A program made the translations under genes and the position numbers. Positions 1-10,042 of a DNA stretch of 64,000 nt are shown here, one piece after another (position 1 is the first letter of the stretch; each line of letters begins with the position of its first letter). The notes beneath the pieces are model-generated. The model was not told where the DNA came from. It made no database searches and was given only the letters and a program-made list of their open reading frames with translations. Origin of the DNA: a virus; the IMG/VR virus record IMGVR_UViG_3300017743_000002, positions 38,381 through 102,380 of that record; one strand, written 5' to 3'.

Positions 1-2602
1 ATTTATCTCTTAGGTAAACTAAGTTAGGAAACTGAGTATCAATAAAGTTTACAGTTTCTTCTTGAATTAAACTTCTATTTTCAACAATTAAATCGTATGT
101 TGATTGTATGATTGCTGATGCCGTTACGAATGTATCTTTAACAACTAATTTTTTAGATAAATCTCTTGCCCACTCTATACCATCTAATGTTGGTAATAGT
201 TGTGTTGTTGTAGCAGTTGATGGGTATAGGTAATAGAACTCACCAGCTATTCTACTTCGTTCATTACCACCATATCTTAAATCAGTTGAAACTGCATCTA
301 TAATATGTCCAACATCTCTTTTACATTTATCTTCATCATAATCAAAGTTTCTCCAAGAAGATGATACATAAGAAATTACCTGATTTTGTATAAATAATTT
401 ATTATTTGTTAATAAATCATATCCGTTTATAACATTTACAGATGGCTCTACATAGGTTACATCACCAATCACCCTTTCTGCTATTCCACCAGCATATCTA
501 ATAGCATCTAATGTTTGTTGTTTTTGTGATGATGTTGCTTCTGATGGATATAGGTAATAGAAATTTCCATTTAAAACGGATTCTTCATTACCACCATATA
601 ATAAGTCGTGAGCTGCACCACTTACAATATACCCTAAATCTCTTTTACAAGTTGTTTCATTATAATCAAATGTACTCCAAGATGAAGAAAGATATGCTAT
701 TGTTTCTTCTTGAATAAATGATAAATTACCTAATAATGCATTGTATCCATTTTGATAATCAATTGATGGATTTTCAAATGAAGAACTTTGAATAATACTA
801 GGTGCATAATCTGGACCTAATTCTAAAATTCTATAAACAGTTGCAAATGAAGAACTAATCTTATTTCTTACTTCTGCACTTGAAGAAATATCAGTAATAA
901 ATTGAGGTGTTTCAGTTATTTTTATATTACCAGCATTTGATGATGTAATTGGTGGTAATGGATTATCAGTATCATCCAGTCCAAACTCTACTATTCGTAA
1001 AACAGAATTATAATTTCTATTAATTATATCAACTTCAGTTTGAGTTGTTGCATCTGAAGTTATATAAGGAGTTTCATTTCCAACTTTTACTAAACCATCT
1101 ATATTATCTACTAAAGTATAACTAGCAGTTGCTCTAGCTCCAATTTCTAACGTTTCTTTTACTTTATCAAATCTATCTTCGATTATTGCTAATTCAGTAG
1201 AGGTTGCTGATGTTGAACCTGTTATTTGATTTCCAAATGATACATTCCAAACCGAACCAGTGTTATATCCTCTTGTTGCTGATTTAGCTAATAAAGATGG
1301 AATATTACTTATACCACTTGATACAATGTTTGAAACTAATCTATATTCTGATTTTGCCTGTTCTGCAACTTTATCAGATGAATTATTACTACTAAATTGT
1401 TGTAATTCATCAGTTACTTTGATACCATCATTTGTATTTGGTACAAATTCAGGTATTGCAGTTAACCCATCCTCAATTGTATCAATAATAATTGTATAAC
1501 CATCTCTTACTCTATTAAATGCTTCTAAGTTACCACCACTACCAGTAATAAACCTAGACCCACTAGCATACATACCAAAATCACCAAACGATGTGTTTGA
1601 GTTTAGAAGTACTGCTTGTCCACCATCTAATACCTTTACAGAATATGCTGAGAAGTTTGTAAAGAAGGATACCAACTGAATAAATCCTCTACCTACAACT
1701 TGACAACCCACACCATTAGGTGCGATTTGTGTATATGCATCCAATACCATTGAAGCAAGAGGTGAATCAGGATGGATTATATTTCCATCTACATTCAATC
1801 CACCACCACCAGCAGGAATATCCTCATATGCTTCTAAGAATGAGTTCTCCTGATTCGAAATCATCGAACAGTTCTGAACATAAGGAGATGTTGTAATAAA
1901 TGAGTTTGGTGCGAATGCAATTGCGAAACCACTTCGAGAGTTATCTACTGATGGAAATACTCTCAATCCAGCAAATGTCATCTCTGAAAGGTAACATCCA
2001 CTATTTACCCAAAATAAATCTTCGTTTTCGTTTTTAGCTACAATCTTAGTTACCCTTAAACCAGCTCCCCATACAGTTGTATTCTTTGGAAGTTCAATTG
2101 GGTTTTCTTCTAAGTAAGTTCCAGCAGATACTTCAATTGCAAAACCAGTAAATAAAGAACCAGTTGGTAACCCAAATCTACCATCATCTCCCGCAGTTGC
2201 TAATTCAGCAGCTCTTTTTACAGTTCTTAATGGAAATTGTGGTGTTCTACCATCATTTGTATCATCACCAGAAGTTGAAGATACATAAATAGTAGCATCC
2301 ATTGCTCCGAAATCTTCAGGTTTGATTCCACCAAATAATCTTGAATCTAACGATTCTAATGAAACGGATGATGTTAATTCTAATGCTTGGTCACCAACTA
2401 CATTAAGAGGTCCATCAATAGTAAGTGAACCACTTAATTCAACTGAACCAGTTATAGTAGATTTTTCAGAAGGGTCTGAACCTAAAGTAAAACTTTGAGA
2501 TACAAGTAAAGAGCCAGATATAGATACACCTTGCGCAAAGGAGGTATCCCTAATAAAATCCTGTATCTCTTCTACCTGTTTTCTGGATATTAATCTTGCC
2601 AT
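1..2602 (-). CDS. Large virion structural protein (pectin-lyase-like beta-helix followed by helical CKRD repeats), truncated at the left window edge
   Basis: Absent from the ORF track because it runs off the window. ATG at 2602 reads MARLISRKQVEEIQDF... It contains YVSSTSGDDTNDG..P.RTVKRA, AGTYLEENPI and SPYVQNCS (beta-helix entry motifs seen in marine T4-like phage structural proteins), then ~108-aa repeats with CKRD.G.I......DL.YGGNE.S. Confidence 0.75.
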   Translation of the reverse strand, partial: MARLISRKQVEEIQDFIRDTSFAQGVSISGSLLVSQSFTLGSDPSEKSTITGSVELSGSLTIDGPLNVVGDQALELTSSVSLESLDSRLFGGIKPEDFGAMDATIYVSSTSGDDTNDGRTPQFPLRTVKRAAELATAGDDGRFGLPTGSLFTGFAIEVSAGTYLEENPIELPKNTTVWGAGLRVTKIVAKNENEDLFWVNSGCYLSEMTFAGLRVFPSVDNSRSGFAIAFAPNSFITTSPYVQNCSMISNQENSFLEAYEDIPAGGGGLNVDGNIIHPDSPLASMVLDAYTQIAPNGVGCQVVGRGFIQLVSFFTNFSAYSVKVLDGGQAVLLNSNTSFGDFGMYASGSRFITGSGGNLEAFNRVRDGYTIIIDTIEDGLTAIPEFVPNTNDGIKVTDELQQFSSNNSSDKVAEQAKSEYRLVSNIVSSGISNIPSLLAKSATRGYNTGSVWNVSFGNQITGSTSATSTELAIIEDRFDKVKETLEIGARATASYTLVDNIDGLVKVGNETPYITSDATTQTEVDIINRNYNSVLRIVEFGLDDTDNPLPPITSSNAGNIKITETPQFITDISSSAEVRNKISSSFATVYRILELGPDYAPSIIQSSSFENPSIDYQNGYNALLGNLSFIQEETIAYLSSSWSTFDYNETTCKRDLGYIVSGAAHDLLYGGNEESVLNGNFYYLYPSEATSSQKQQTLDAIRYAGGIAERVIGDVTYVEPSVNVINGYDLLTNNKLFIQNQVISYVSSSWRNFDYDEDKCKRDVGHIIDAVSTDLRYGGNERSRIAGEFYYLYPSTATTTQLLPTLDGIEWARDLSKKLVVKDTFVTASAIIQSTYDLIVENRSLIQEETVNFIDTQFPNLVYLRDK

Positions 2603-2606
2603 TCCT

Positions 2607-3092
2607 TTATTCTATTTCTACTATTTTACCCTTAATTGTAAATGCGTTTGTTGGTACTTCCAACGGTACTCTTGTGATATCTTCATTAAATATCATTCTA
2701 ATTTCTTTTGAACCACTAGCGTATTGACCTGATAATAATTCAGTTCCCTCACCATCATATAACTTTACATTATATTTAGTTCTATCTTGCTTTACTCCAT
2801 AAAGAAATACATCTAAATAATCAAATGCGTTATCTACTTGTAAATCTTCATATACAAATCTATATCCTTCTATATCTACTCTATCCAATAAATCACCATC
2901 ATTGTTACCATCTTTAGAACCTAAAAATAAAGTAAATAATTTTTGAGTAGCAGAATCCAAAGATGATGAGGTTGGAGTAAACTCATTGATAAACGTATCT
3001 TCTATTACTTCCAATACAAAATTTTTGAAAGATTGTCTATCTCTCTTTTTTACTGTATTACCTGTGTATATGTTTGGAACCTTTCTACTCAT
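2607..3092 (-). CDS. Hypothetical virion protein, paralogous to the C-terminal domain of the gp15-like protein
   Basis: 161 aa. DVFLYGV...Y...IRMIF...FTIKGKI resembles the C-terminus of 3493..4623. Translationally coupled to its neighbours. Confidence 0.6.
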   Translation of the reverse strand: MSRKVPNIYTGNTVKKRDRQSFKNFVLEVIEDTFINEFTPTSSSLDSATQKLFTLFLGSKDGNNDGDLLDRVDIEGYRFVYEDLQVDNAFDYLDVFLYGVKQDRTKYNVKLYDGEGTELLSGQYASGSKEIRMIFNEDITRVPLEVPTNAFTIKGKIVEIE

Positions 3093-3496
3093 TAGTTAAC
3101 TCTTTCAATATCACCTTTTATAAATATCCTATCATCAGTAGAGAAAGACCAAGGGTCTCCATTTCTATCTTCTAATGGAAAGTTTTCTTTTTTCATTTTT
3201 ACATAGAAATCATTTCCAACTTGTTCGTAAACATAATCTTGACTTCTAACGAATAATTCACCTTGAGAGTCATCTGTTAATAAATACATAAAAACATCAA
3301 ATCTTGCATGCGGTTTTCTTTTATCTTTTAATCTTGAATCTAAAGTTTTTATTCTCATATTTTCAACTTTAAAAATCCAATAAAGTGGATGATAAAATTC
3401 ATATCTATCTCCACCATTTTTATCAGAAGGAACACCTGAAAATGTATTAGGTGCGTTTACCTCTTTTAGAATATTTTTTAAAGTAAATATGTTCAT
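3092..3496 (-). CDS. Hypothetical virion protein, paralogous to the C-terminal domain of the gp15-like protein
   Basis: 134 aa. FDVFM...DYVY...FYVKM...DDRIFIKGDI. Overlaps both neighbours. Confidence 0.6.
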   Translation of the reverse strand: MNIFTLKNILKEVNAPNTFSGVPSDKNGGDRYEFYHPLYWIFKVENMRIKTLDSRLKDKRKPHARFDVFMYLLTDDSQGELFVRSQDYVYEQVGNDFYVKMKKENFPLEDRNGDPWSFSTDDRIFIKGDIERVN

Positions 3497-4623
3497 AATT
3501 CAATAAATTTACCAGTTACAGAAACTTCATCTTGAGAATCCAAAATGTATGTAATTTCACCACCACTTTCAAAAGCTTGAGTATTATCCAATTTAAATAA
3601 TATTCTGTTTATACTACCATCAAATGTATAAGTGTATGCATTTGGTGTTATAAACACTCCATTAATATAGATTCTAAACCAACCTTTAGTATCAAATGTA
3701 CCTCTTAGTTCTTGTGGTAAAATAGGTAATTCAGAATTTTCTAAATAGAAATAAGAAAACTTATTTGTTACACCATCTGCTGTTTCATCAGGATATAAAC
3801 TCTTATTAATATTTGCATCTTTAGAACCCCTAATTGCTACAAAATCTATAACGTTCTGATACTCATTATAAATATTAGGATTTGAGAATCTCATACCTGT
3901 TAAGTCAGTTTCTATACCCCATACAACTTTTTTAGGAGTGAATGATTTTTTAACAGTTGGTTTCTCATCATATGTTTCTGGAAGTAGGTATGCATTAACT
4001 ACCATTGTAAAGGAAGTTCTAATGATTCTTTCTGAACCTTCTCCTACTTCTTGTTGGTTATCAAATGAATCAATACGAGTTCTAAATTTGAATCCCTTTT
4101 CACTTCCCCAATACCTATCAGTTGCATATTGAAATGCTTCGACTATGGTATTCATATGTTCGGTAAATGATGTCCAAATCATTACCTCATAAGTTACAGT
4201 TACATAATCAGGTACTGAAACTTCATATTGTTCAAATGCTTTTTGAGCATCTGGTTGTAATGAAAATCTTTCGTATCTATTCTTTTTAGAATATTTTCTA
4301 TAAGCTGGTAATGTATTTACATCTTTAAATTGTGCTAAGTTTGTATCTCTTTCGATAGAGTTTCTTTTGAACATTACTAATGGAATCTGAATCTTACCTC
4401 TTTGGTCTCTCAGATATCCTTTTGCTCTAGCATTATTCCATCGTTCAGCATTACCATATAATAAAGGAACTTTAACTTGATTACCATGTTCTTCAACATC
4501 AGGTATCACAGTATCCACCATATATTCAGCAATAGTAGTATCTACATCTAAAAGTTTAACACCTTTAGTGTACTCCTTATCTATACCTCTTTGTAATGCT
4601 CTATTTGTTTCTTTCTTATTCAT
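3493..4623 (-). CDS. gp15: Tail terminator / tail completion protein (T4 gp15-like) with an extra C-terminal domain
   Basis: KVPLLYGNAERW, IQIPLVMFKR and VPDYVTVTYEVMIWT...MNTIVE match the gp15 pattern. Lies in gp13-gp14-gp15 order. Confidence 0.75.
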   Translation of the reverse strand: MNKKETNRALQRGIDKEYTKGVKLLDVDTTIAEYMVDTVIPDVEEHGNQVKVPLLYGNAERWNNARAKGYLRDQRGKIQIPLVMFKRNSIERDTNLAQFKDVNTLPAYRKYSKKNRYERFSLQPDAQKAFEQYEVSVPDYVTVTYEVMIWTSFTEHMNTIVEAFQYATDRYWGSEKGFKFRTRIDSFDNQQEVGEGSERIIRTSFTMVVNAYLLPETYDEKPTVKKSFTPKKVVWGIETDLTGMRFSNPNIYNEYQNVIDFVAIRGSKDANINKSLYPDETADGVTNKFSYFYLENSELPILPQELRGTFDTKGWFRIYINGVFITPNAYTYTFDGSINRILFKLDNTQAFESGGEITYILDSQDEVSVTGKFIEL

Positions 4624-5078
4624 TATATAACTCTCATTTCAGTTTGAATAGAACTTCTTCTTGTCATAAATGTTGATGCAATGATTGAGAATTTCTCTCC
4701 ACTTTGTCCACCAATTAATTGGTCCTCTCTCACATTATCGATTTCAAAATATGCATCATTGTGTTTAATAATATCACCAATCTCTGGATAGAATCCTTTT
4801 CCTTTTAGAGTAACTCTATTAAATCTAAATTCTACGTTTTGTCCACTATCAGCACCAAATCCTTCATATGAAACCGAAGAATCATCTCTTTCAATTACAG
4901 CAGTACATTCAGTACCTTGATAATAAGATTTGTTTAGGGATTCACCATAAAGGTTTGTTGATATATCTTCAATAGAGAGCTTGAATAGAACTACTGTTGT
5001 TTCAATCACAGCATCTACTAATTCCTTTGAAATAGATTCAAAGAATCTTATATCTCTATCTAATGCGAATCTTGGCAT
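4623..5078 (-). CDS. gp14: Neck / head-closure protein (T4 gp14-like)
   Basis: NLYGES, YPEIGDII and YFEIDNV motifs. Sits between the gp13-like and gp15-like genes. Confidence 0.7.
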   Translation of the reverse strand: MPRFALDRDIRFFESISKELVDAVIETTVVLFKLSIEDISTNLYGESLNKSYYQGTECTAVIERDDSSVSYEGFGADSGQNVEFRFNRVTLKGKGFYPEIGDIIKHNDAYFEIDNVREDQLIGGQSGEKFSIIASTFMTRRSSIQTEMRVI

Positions 5079-5079
5079 T

Positions 5080-6228
5080 TTATCCGGTGTATATCGTTAG
5101 TGGAACTTTTCGTAACATTTCTTGCTGATAATTAGATTCGTTATTTCTAATTTCAAACTGATTTTTTCTACTTAACTCTTCTAAGTTTTCTCTGAGTTGT
5201 TCAATCAAAGCATCTTTTTCAGTTTGAGCCTCAGCTCTTAATGCTGCTCCATCCAACGATATTTCGGAACCAGGAATAGGTACTGAACTATATTTTTCTC
5301 TGATTGCTCCTAATAGTTCTTTAGCTAGAGCAAGTGAATATTTTCTAATCCATTGTTTACCAACATCATTTATTTTACTATATGGAATAAAATCATAGCC
5401 AACATTTGAGTAGTCAGAAACCACATCCGAAGTTACGTTTGTTGAGTTTTGAATAAATTCATTTCTAACAAAGTATTCAAACCATAATCTACCAGTAGTT
5501 GTTGGGATTGGGAAAATTTGTAATTTATTATTTACGATATTAAATGAGTGTGCTGATTTTCTGAACTGGTCATTAAATTCAATAGCTTGAATTCTTAATA
5601 AATCTTCATAAAGTGGCATCAATACAAATTGTGCTGCTGGTGAGAACGAACCAAATCCAAATTCATCAACTAAGTTAAGAGTTCCTTGTCCACTTACCGA
5701 GTAAGGGTCAAAGAATCTATTAATTGCTGGAGTTGCTTCGTGAAATACTTTTACTACATCAATTCTATTAGAACTCTCACTTACGTTTGCCCATAAAGTA
5801 TCTAAATCATAGTTTTGTTGTCCAGCTACTAAATCAATTGAACCTTTTTGAATATCGGTATTACCACCAACACCAGAAAGTGTACCATATGCATCTGAAA
5901 TGGCTACTAAATCAGGTAAATTTGAACCTTGAACTAATTGTCCACTGTAATTTGAACCCGTTGGGTTTCCTTTTAATGTATCTAAGTTATTTCTAATGTT
6001 AAACTGATTTACTTGCGAAGCATACTCTGAAGTAGCTTCTTCAAAACAAGCAAATAAACTTTCATCAACCAATTCTACATTTTGGACGGGGTATCCTAAT
6101 CGTTTTGCACACCAATTAGCTACTTTTGGGGCATCTACTGCGAATATTGCATCCGAATCAAAAGTTCCAAATGGAGTATCCCCTACTGAGAATGATGATG
6201 AACCAGGGTATATGTATTCTACTGCCAT
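5080..6228 (-). CDS. gp13: Neck / head-tail adaptor protein (T4 gp13-like)
   Basis: RLGYPVQNVEL near the N-terminus, and WIRKYSLALAKELLGAIREKYSSVPIPGSEISLDGAALRAEA near the C-terminus. Confidence 0.85.
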   Translation of the reverse strand: MAVEYIYPGSSSFSVGDTPFGTFDSDAIFAVDAPKVANWCAKRLGYPVQNVELVDESLFACFEEATSEYASQVNQFNIRNNLDTLKGNPTGSNYSGQLVQGSNLPDLVAISDAYGTLSGVGGNTDIQKGSIDLVAGQQNYDLDTLWANVSESSNRIDVVKVFHEATPAINRFFDPYSVSGQGTLNLVDEFGFGSFSPAAQFVLMPLYEDLLRIQAIEFNDQFRKSAHSFNIVNNKLQIFPIPTTTGRLWFEYFVRNEFIQNSTNVTSDVVSDYSNVGYDFIPYSKINDVGKQWIRKYSLALAKELLGAIREKYSSVPIPGSEISLDGAALRAEAQTEKDALIEQLRENLEELSRKNQFEIRNNESNYQQEMLRKVPLTIYTG

Positions 6229-6256
6229 AAATTATTCCTCTCTTTAGTATCGTATC

Positions 6257-6264
6257 TATAAATA
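6257..6264 (-). promoter_or_regulatory. Putative late promoter TATTTATA
   Basis: Recurring 8-mer about 30 nt upstream of the gp13-like start, just downstream of the capsid-gene terminator. Confidence 0.65.
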
Positions 6265-6301
6265 TAAAGAAATATAAGAATAGTATTTTTAGTGAGGACA
6301 T

Positions 6302-6333
6302 AAAAAAAGAGGGGAACTTTCGAACCCCTCTTT
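6302..6333 (-). terminator. Rho-independent terminator after the major capsid gene
   Basis: Minus strand reads AAAGAGGGG-ttcgaaagtt-CCCCTCTTT followed by a U-tract. Confidence 0.85.
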
Positions 6334-6362
6334 ATTCATTTTATATAAAGTTAAACTCTATC

Positions 6363-7964
6363 TTAGATAGATTGTAAATCTTTAACAAAAATCTTACCAT
6401 AGTACTCAGGTCTAACCATCTTCTTAGCGTATCTCGTCATTACTCCTCTTCTTGGAGTGAAGTTTTGAGGGTCATACACTAATGGAGTCATGATTAACGG
6501 TACATACGGAGCATATACAGCACCAGTTTCTAGGAAGTTGCTTCCTCTAAATCCTAACAAGATTTCATTTGAAGTCATGTAAGGGTTTTTGTAAACTGTG
6601 TATCTGTTAGCAATCGCACCTACTGAAGTTACACCAGCAGCGAAAGACATTGCATCTTTATCAGCTGATACACTAAATCCAGGGATTGATTCTAAGATAG
6701 TACATACATCAGGAGAAGCAACTACGAAGTTAGCTCCACCTCTTAAAGTCAATTGGTGAATCTTATTAGATACTTTGTTTAATTTAGTACCTAAAGTTTG
6801 GAACCAAGTGTTCTTTTGGTAAGCAACAGCAGAACTACCAGCTGACCAAGATGAACCATTGTACTCTTCACCTATTGTAGCTGACCAGTATTCAACAGTT
6901 AAAGCGTTAGATTTTAACATATCTAAGATTTCTAAATCAATCTCTAATGAGATGTAATCAGATAACATAGAAGTTAATTCAGCTTCAGCATCGATTGAGT
7001 GGTAAGCGTTAAGGTCTTGCGCCAACTCAGGAGTCCACACAGCCTTTAGTTTTCTAGTCTTAGCAACAATTGCTTCAGACTTCAACTCTAGGTCTACTTC
7101 AGGAATCTGAAGGTCATCACCAGTTGCTGGACCAGGAGATGTAAATGAAGATTGCTCAAAGTCACCTCTGTTATAATCAGCAGGGATATGAGAAAACTTA
7201 ACAGTTACAGCGTTTGCATCTACAGCAGCAGATGTTCCAACGAAGAATATAAGGTTATCACCATCAACTTTGTTGAATTGAGAGTAGTTTGCACCATTAA
7301 TATCAGTACCACTTACAGCGAAAGATGCAATTGCATCTACATCAGCAGTAGCTGAGATATCAGATTTAGCAATAGTTAATTTTTGGATATCACCAACTTC
7401 AACAGAAGCAGATAATGCACCATCAAATCCTATATCAGCATGTGAAGCAGAAGCCCAAGTTTGAGCACCAGTTGCTACACTTACAGAATCTTCATTGATA
7501 GAATATCCAAATGCACCATTACCATATAAACCACCAGCAGCTTCACCAGTTCTACCTGAACCTAATGAACCTGAGTTACCAAATAAAGATTCGTGCTTTA
7601 GTTTTCCACCATTTTCCGAACCATATTTGAAATCTAGATAGAATACAAGTCCTGAAGGTAAGTTCATTGGTTGTACACTAACGAATTCTTTAGAAGCAAT
7701 CTCACCAAAGATTCTTCTAACAAGAGGAAGGGCTACACCACTCCACTCTTCACTATTTGCGGCTGTCCCAGTCTGAGATGCCTCATCAAGCAATTGTTTT
7801 GCTTGGTTTTCTAAAAGAACAGACATTGCGCCTTGCTCTTTTTCATTTAAACCTTCTAGAAGTCCAGTTTGTTCCCATTTACCTTTTAGTTGTCTTGTTT
7901 CATTCAACATTACAGCTTGTGGGTTCTTTCCTTCCATTAGTTTAGATAAATCAAAATTTGCCAT
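6363..7964 (-). CDS. gp23: Major capsid protein (T4 gp23-like)
   Basis: LLENQ, LPLVRR, VSVQPMNLPSGLVFYL, AKTRKLKAVWTPELAQDLNAYHSIDAEAEL, YAPYVPL and FTPRRGVMTRY. Confidence 0.97.
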   Translation of the reverse strand: MANFDLSKLMEGKNPQAVMLNETRQLKGKWEQTGLLEGLNEKEQGAMSVLLENQAKQLLDEASQTGTAANSEEWSGVALPLVRRIFGEIASKEFVSVQPMNLPSGLVFYLDFKYGSENGGKLKHESLFGNSGSLGSGRTGEAAGGLYGNGAFGYSINEDSVSVATGAQTWASASHADIGFDGALSASVEVGDIQKLTIAKSDISATADVDAIASFAVSGTDINGANYSQFNKVDGDNLIFFVGTSAAVDANAVTVKFSHIPADYNRGDFEQSSFTSPGPATGDDLQIPEVDLELKSEAIVAKTRKLKAVWTPELAQDLNAYHSIDAEAELTSMLSDYISLEIDLEILDMLKSNALTVEYWSATIGEEYNGSSWSAGSSAVAYQKNTWFQTLGTKLNKVSNKIHQLTLRGGANFVVASPDVCTILESIPGFSVSADKDAMSFAAGVTSVGAIANRYTVYKNPYMTSNEILLGFRGSNFLETGAVYAPYVPLIMTPLVYDPQNFTPRRGVMTRYAKKMVRPEYYGKIFVKDLQSI

Positions 7965-7992
7965 TTTATTTTTCCTTTTTAATGTTAGTTAA

Positions 7993-9183
7993 TTATTTAA
8001 TATTAGCCAATTGTTTAAATCTTTCGGCTAACGTATTTGTGTTTTCAGAAATAATTTCTTTTGCAGGTGCAGTTGAAGCAACTGGTTTAGAAGCAGCTTC
8101 AGCTACAACTTTCTTAGTTCTCTTCTCAGTTCCTGTAAAATTCATTGATTCTGCCAACGTAGCGTAAACTAATTTTACTTCTCTAACAGATGATGTTCTG
8201 TCTAAGTTTTCAACAACTTTAGATTTTTGCTCATTGTTTAAGTTATAAGCTCTGAACAATCTATTAGCGTATAATAATTTTGCGTTAAGAAGGTTTACTT
8301 CGTTGATAGTAGATTTTAAAGATTTCACAGTATTGTAAGCTTCTTCTAACTCAGTTTGTAGTTTAACTACCTCTTCGTTAGCTTCTTCTTCAGCTACTAC
8401 TTCTTCTTCCATTTCTTCTTCTTCTCCGTATCCCATTTCTCTAAGGATTTCATCCAAGTCGATATCTTCTTCTTCATCCATTTCTTCTTCCTCTTCTGAG
8501 ATAGTTTCTTCAACTTCCTCTTCTTCGGATTCTTCCATTTCTGCTTCTTCAGATTCTTCTTCGTGAACTTCATCCTCTTCTTCTTCAGATACTTCTTCTT
8601 CAGAATCCATTTCCAATTCGGAAACTTCTTCTTCATCTTCCATATCCATTTCTAATTCTTTGATGATAGCTTCTAAATCTAACTCATCTTCTTCTTCCAT
8701 CTCTTCTTCTTCTTTGTAGTTTTCTTCTACTTCTTCTTCTTCGTCCATAGAATCTTCTTCACCTTCGTGAGAACCTTCTTCTACTTCTTCTTCTTCAGAA
8801 ACAGTTTCTTCTACCTCTTCTTCTTCAGAGACTTTAGCTTCTTCGATTTCGTCATCATCATGCCCTTCACCTTCTTCCAACTCATCACCTACTTCTGCAG
8901 TTTCTTCTTCAGATTCAGGTCCAAGTTCTGTGTGTGCGTCAGATGCAACATCTGATGGTTCAACTGGAGTTTCTTCATCACCACTACCAATATCACTTGA
9001 ATCTAATTCCTCTTCGATTTCTTCATCATCACCTTCCATTTCAGCTTGTAGCTTCTTTGATAGGATAGATTGTAATCTTGGAGTAAATGCTTCCTCAAGT
9101 GCAATCTTAGCGTTAGCGATAGCAGTTTCTCTTACAGCTTTAGCATCAGCAATTGCTTCTTTTAACAATTTTGAATTTGCCAT
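7993..9183 (-). CDS. Prohead core scaffolding protein (gp22-like)
   Basis: Extremely Glu-rich coiled-coil protein immediately upstream of the capsid gene, with many (I/V/L)-x-E sites. Confidence 0.8.
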   Translation of the reverse strand: MANSKLLKEAIADAKAVRETAIANAKIALEEAFTPRLQSILSKKLQAEMEGDDEEIEEELDSSDIGSGDEETPVEPSDVASDAHTELGPESEEETAEVGDELEEGEGHDDDEIEEAKVSEEEEVEETVSEEEEVEEGSHEGEEDSMDEEEEVEENYKEEEEMEEEDELDLEAIIKELEMDMEDEEEVSELEMDSEEEVSEEEEDEVHEEESEEAEMEESEEEEVEETISEEEEEMDEEEDIDLDEILREMGYGEEEEMEEEVVAEEEANEEVVKLQTELEEAYNTVKSLKSTINEVNLLNAKLLYANRLFRAYNLNNEQKSKVVENLDRTSSVREVKLVYATLAESMNFTGTEKRTKKVVAEAASKPVASTAPAKEIISENTNTLAERFKQLANIK

Positions 9184-9325
9184 TTTACTTGTTACTTTTA
9201 AAATTTGCTGAAGTTATTTGAGGAACCTCAATATAGAATAGTGTAAATTGGTTGTTCGGTAACTAAACATTAAAAGTTAGTATTCATTAACCAACGGAAC
9301 CCACATAGACGTGGGTTATTGTAAG

Positions 9326-9333
9326 AATAAATA
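9326..9333 (-). promoter_or_regulatory. Putative late promoter TATTTATT for the scaffold-capsid operon, followed by a ~140-nt structured leader
   Basis: Variant of the recurring box. Hairpins at 9298-9317 and 9218-9231 lie between it and the scaffold ATG. Confidence 0.55.
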
Positions 9334-9402
9334 TATAAAAATTTATAAAACAATAAAAAACTAAAGAAAATAATAAGTTTTTTATAGATTTGGTGTATAG
9401 GG

Positions 9403-10038
9403 TTATTTTTTAATCTTACCCCTTTTAATATCTCTTTGTAGTTCTGCACCTGCCCCCAATACATCATTAATTGATTGGTCTATTGGCACATTACGATATT
9501 TAGCAATCTTTCTAACTGCCATCATTACGATTCGTTTCTCTTCAGTAGAGTATCCTTCGTTTATTACTGATTCACCAAACATACCTACTATATCACCTTG
9601 ATATTTATTACCCGGCTTTCCAGCAATAGCAGTTACAAATGCCAGTCTATCTTTAAGTTTACCTTTTTTTACAAAGTTAAAAAGTTTTTTTGAATCTAAA
9701 TTATAATCATCAATGAATTTTTGTACGGCGATACCACGAGTACCAGTAAATCCAGCGATTCCCATTGCTTCTTTACTAGCAGCTTCGTTTACGGATTCTT
9801 CATTCATTTCAGAGATAGCTTTTTCTCTTAGTATCTCTCTTACGATTTTTCTAAGTTGTTCTTTCATCTTTGGTAATCCTTTATGTTTTGTTGCTGCAAA
9901 ATCTTCAATCTCTTTTTCACTCATTCTATCAGCGATATCTTTTATTTCATCCGAAACCTCTGAAGCAGGTACTTCACCTCTTTTGAATGCTAATGCCAAT
10001 CCAAATAACTTTTGTTGTTGTTGTGATTGTGCAGGCAT
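9403..10038 (-). CDS. DUF3008-like N-terminal domain protein, probable internal head protein
   Basis: MPAQSQQQQKLFGLALAFKRG...MSEKEIEDFAATKHKGLP resembles DUF3008. Small modules are separated by SVNE and VINE sites. Confidence 0.6.
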   Translation of the reverse strand: MPAQSQQQQKLFGLALAFKRGEVPASEVSDEIKDIADRMSEKEIEDFAATKHKGLPKMKEQLRKIVREILREKAISEMNEESVNEAASKEAMGIAGFTGTRGIAVQKFIDDYNLDSKKLFNFVKKGKLKDRLAFVTAIAGKPGNKYQGDIVGMFGESVINEGYSTEEKRIVMMAVRKIAKYRNVPIDQSINDVLGAGAELQRDIKRGKIKK

Positions 10039-10042
10039 CTTA

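Noticed and set aside
8390-9030. TTC-rich quasi-repeats resembling a microsatellite or array
   Set aside because: They encode poly-Glu tracts of the scaffold protein. There is no repeat-spacer structure, so this is not a CRISPR array.
9270-9467. Short alternative-frame minus-strand ORFs (also 8397..8636, 13701..13907, 16080..16268, 54835..55050)
   Set aside because: They overlap better-supported genes or regulatory regions and lack coding signals.
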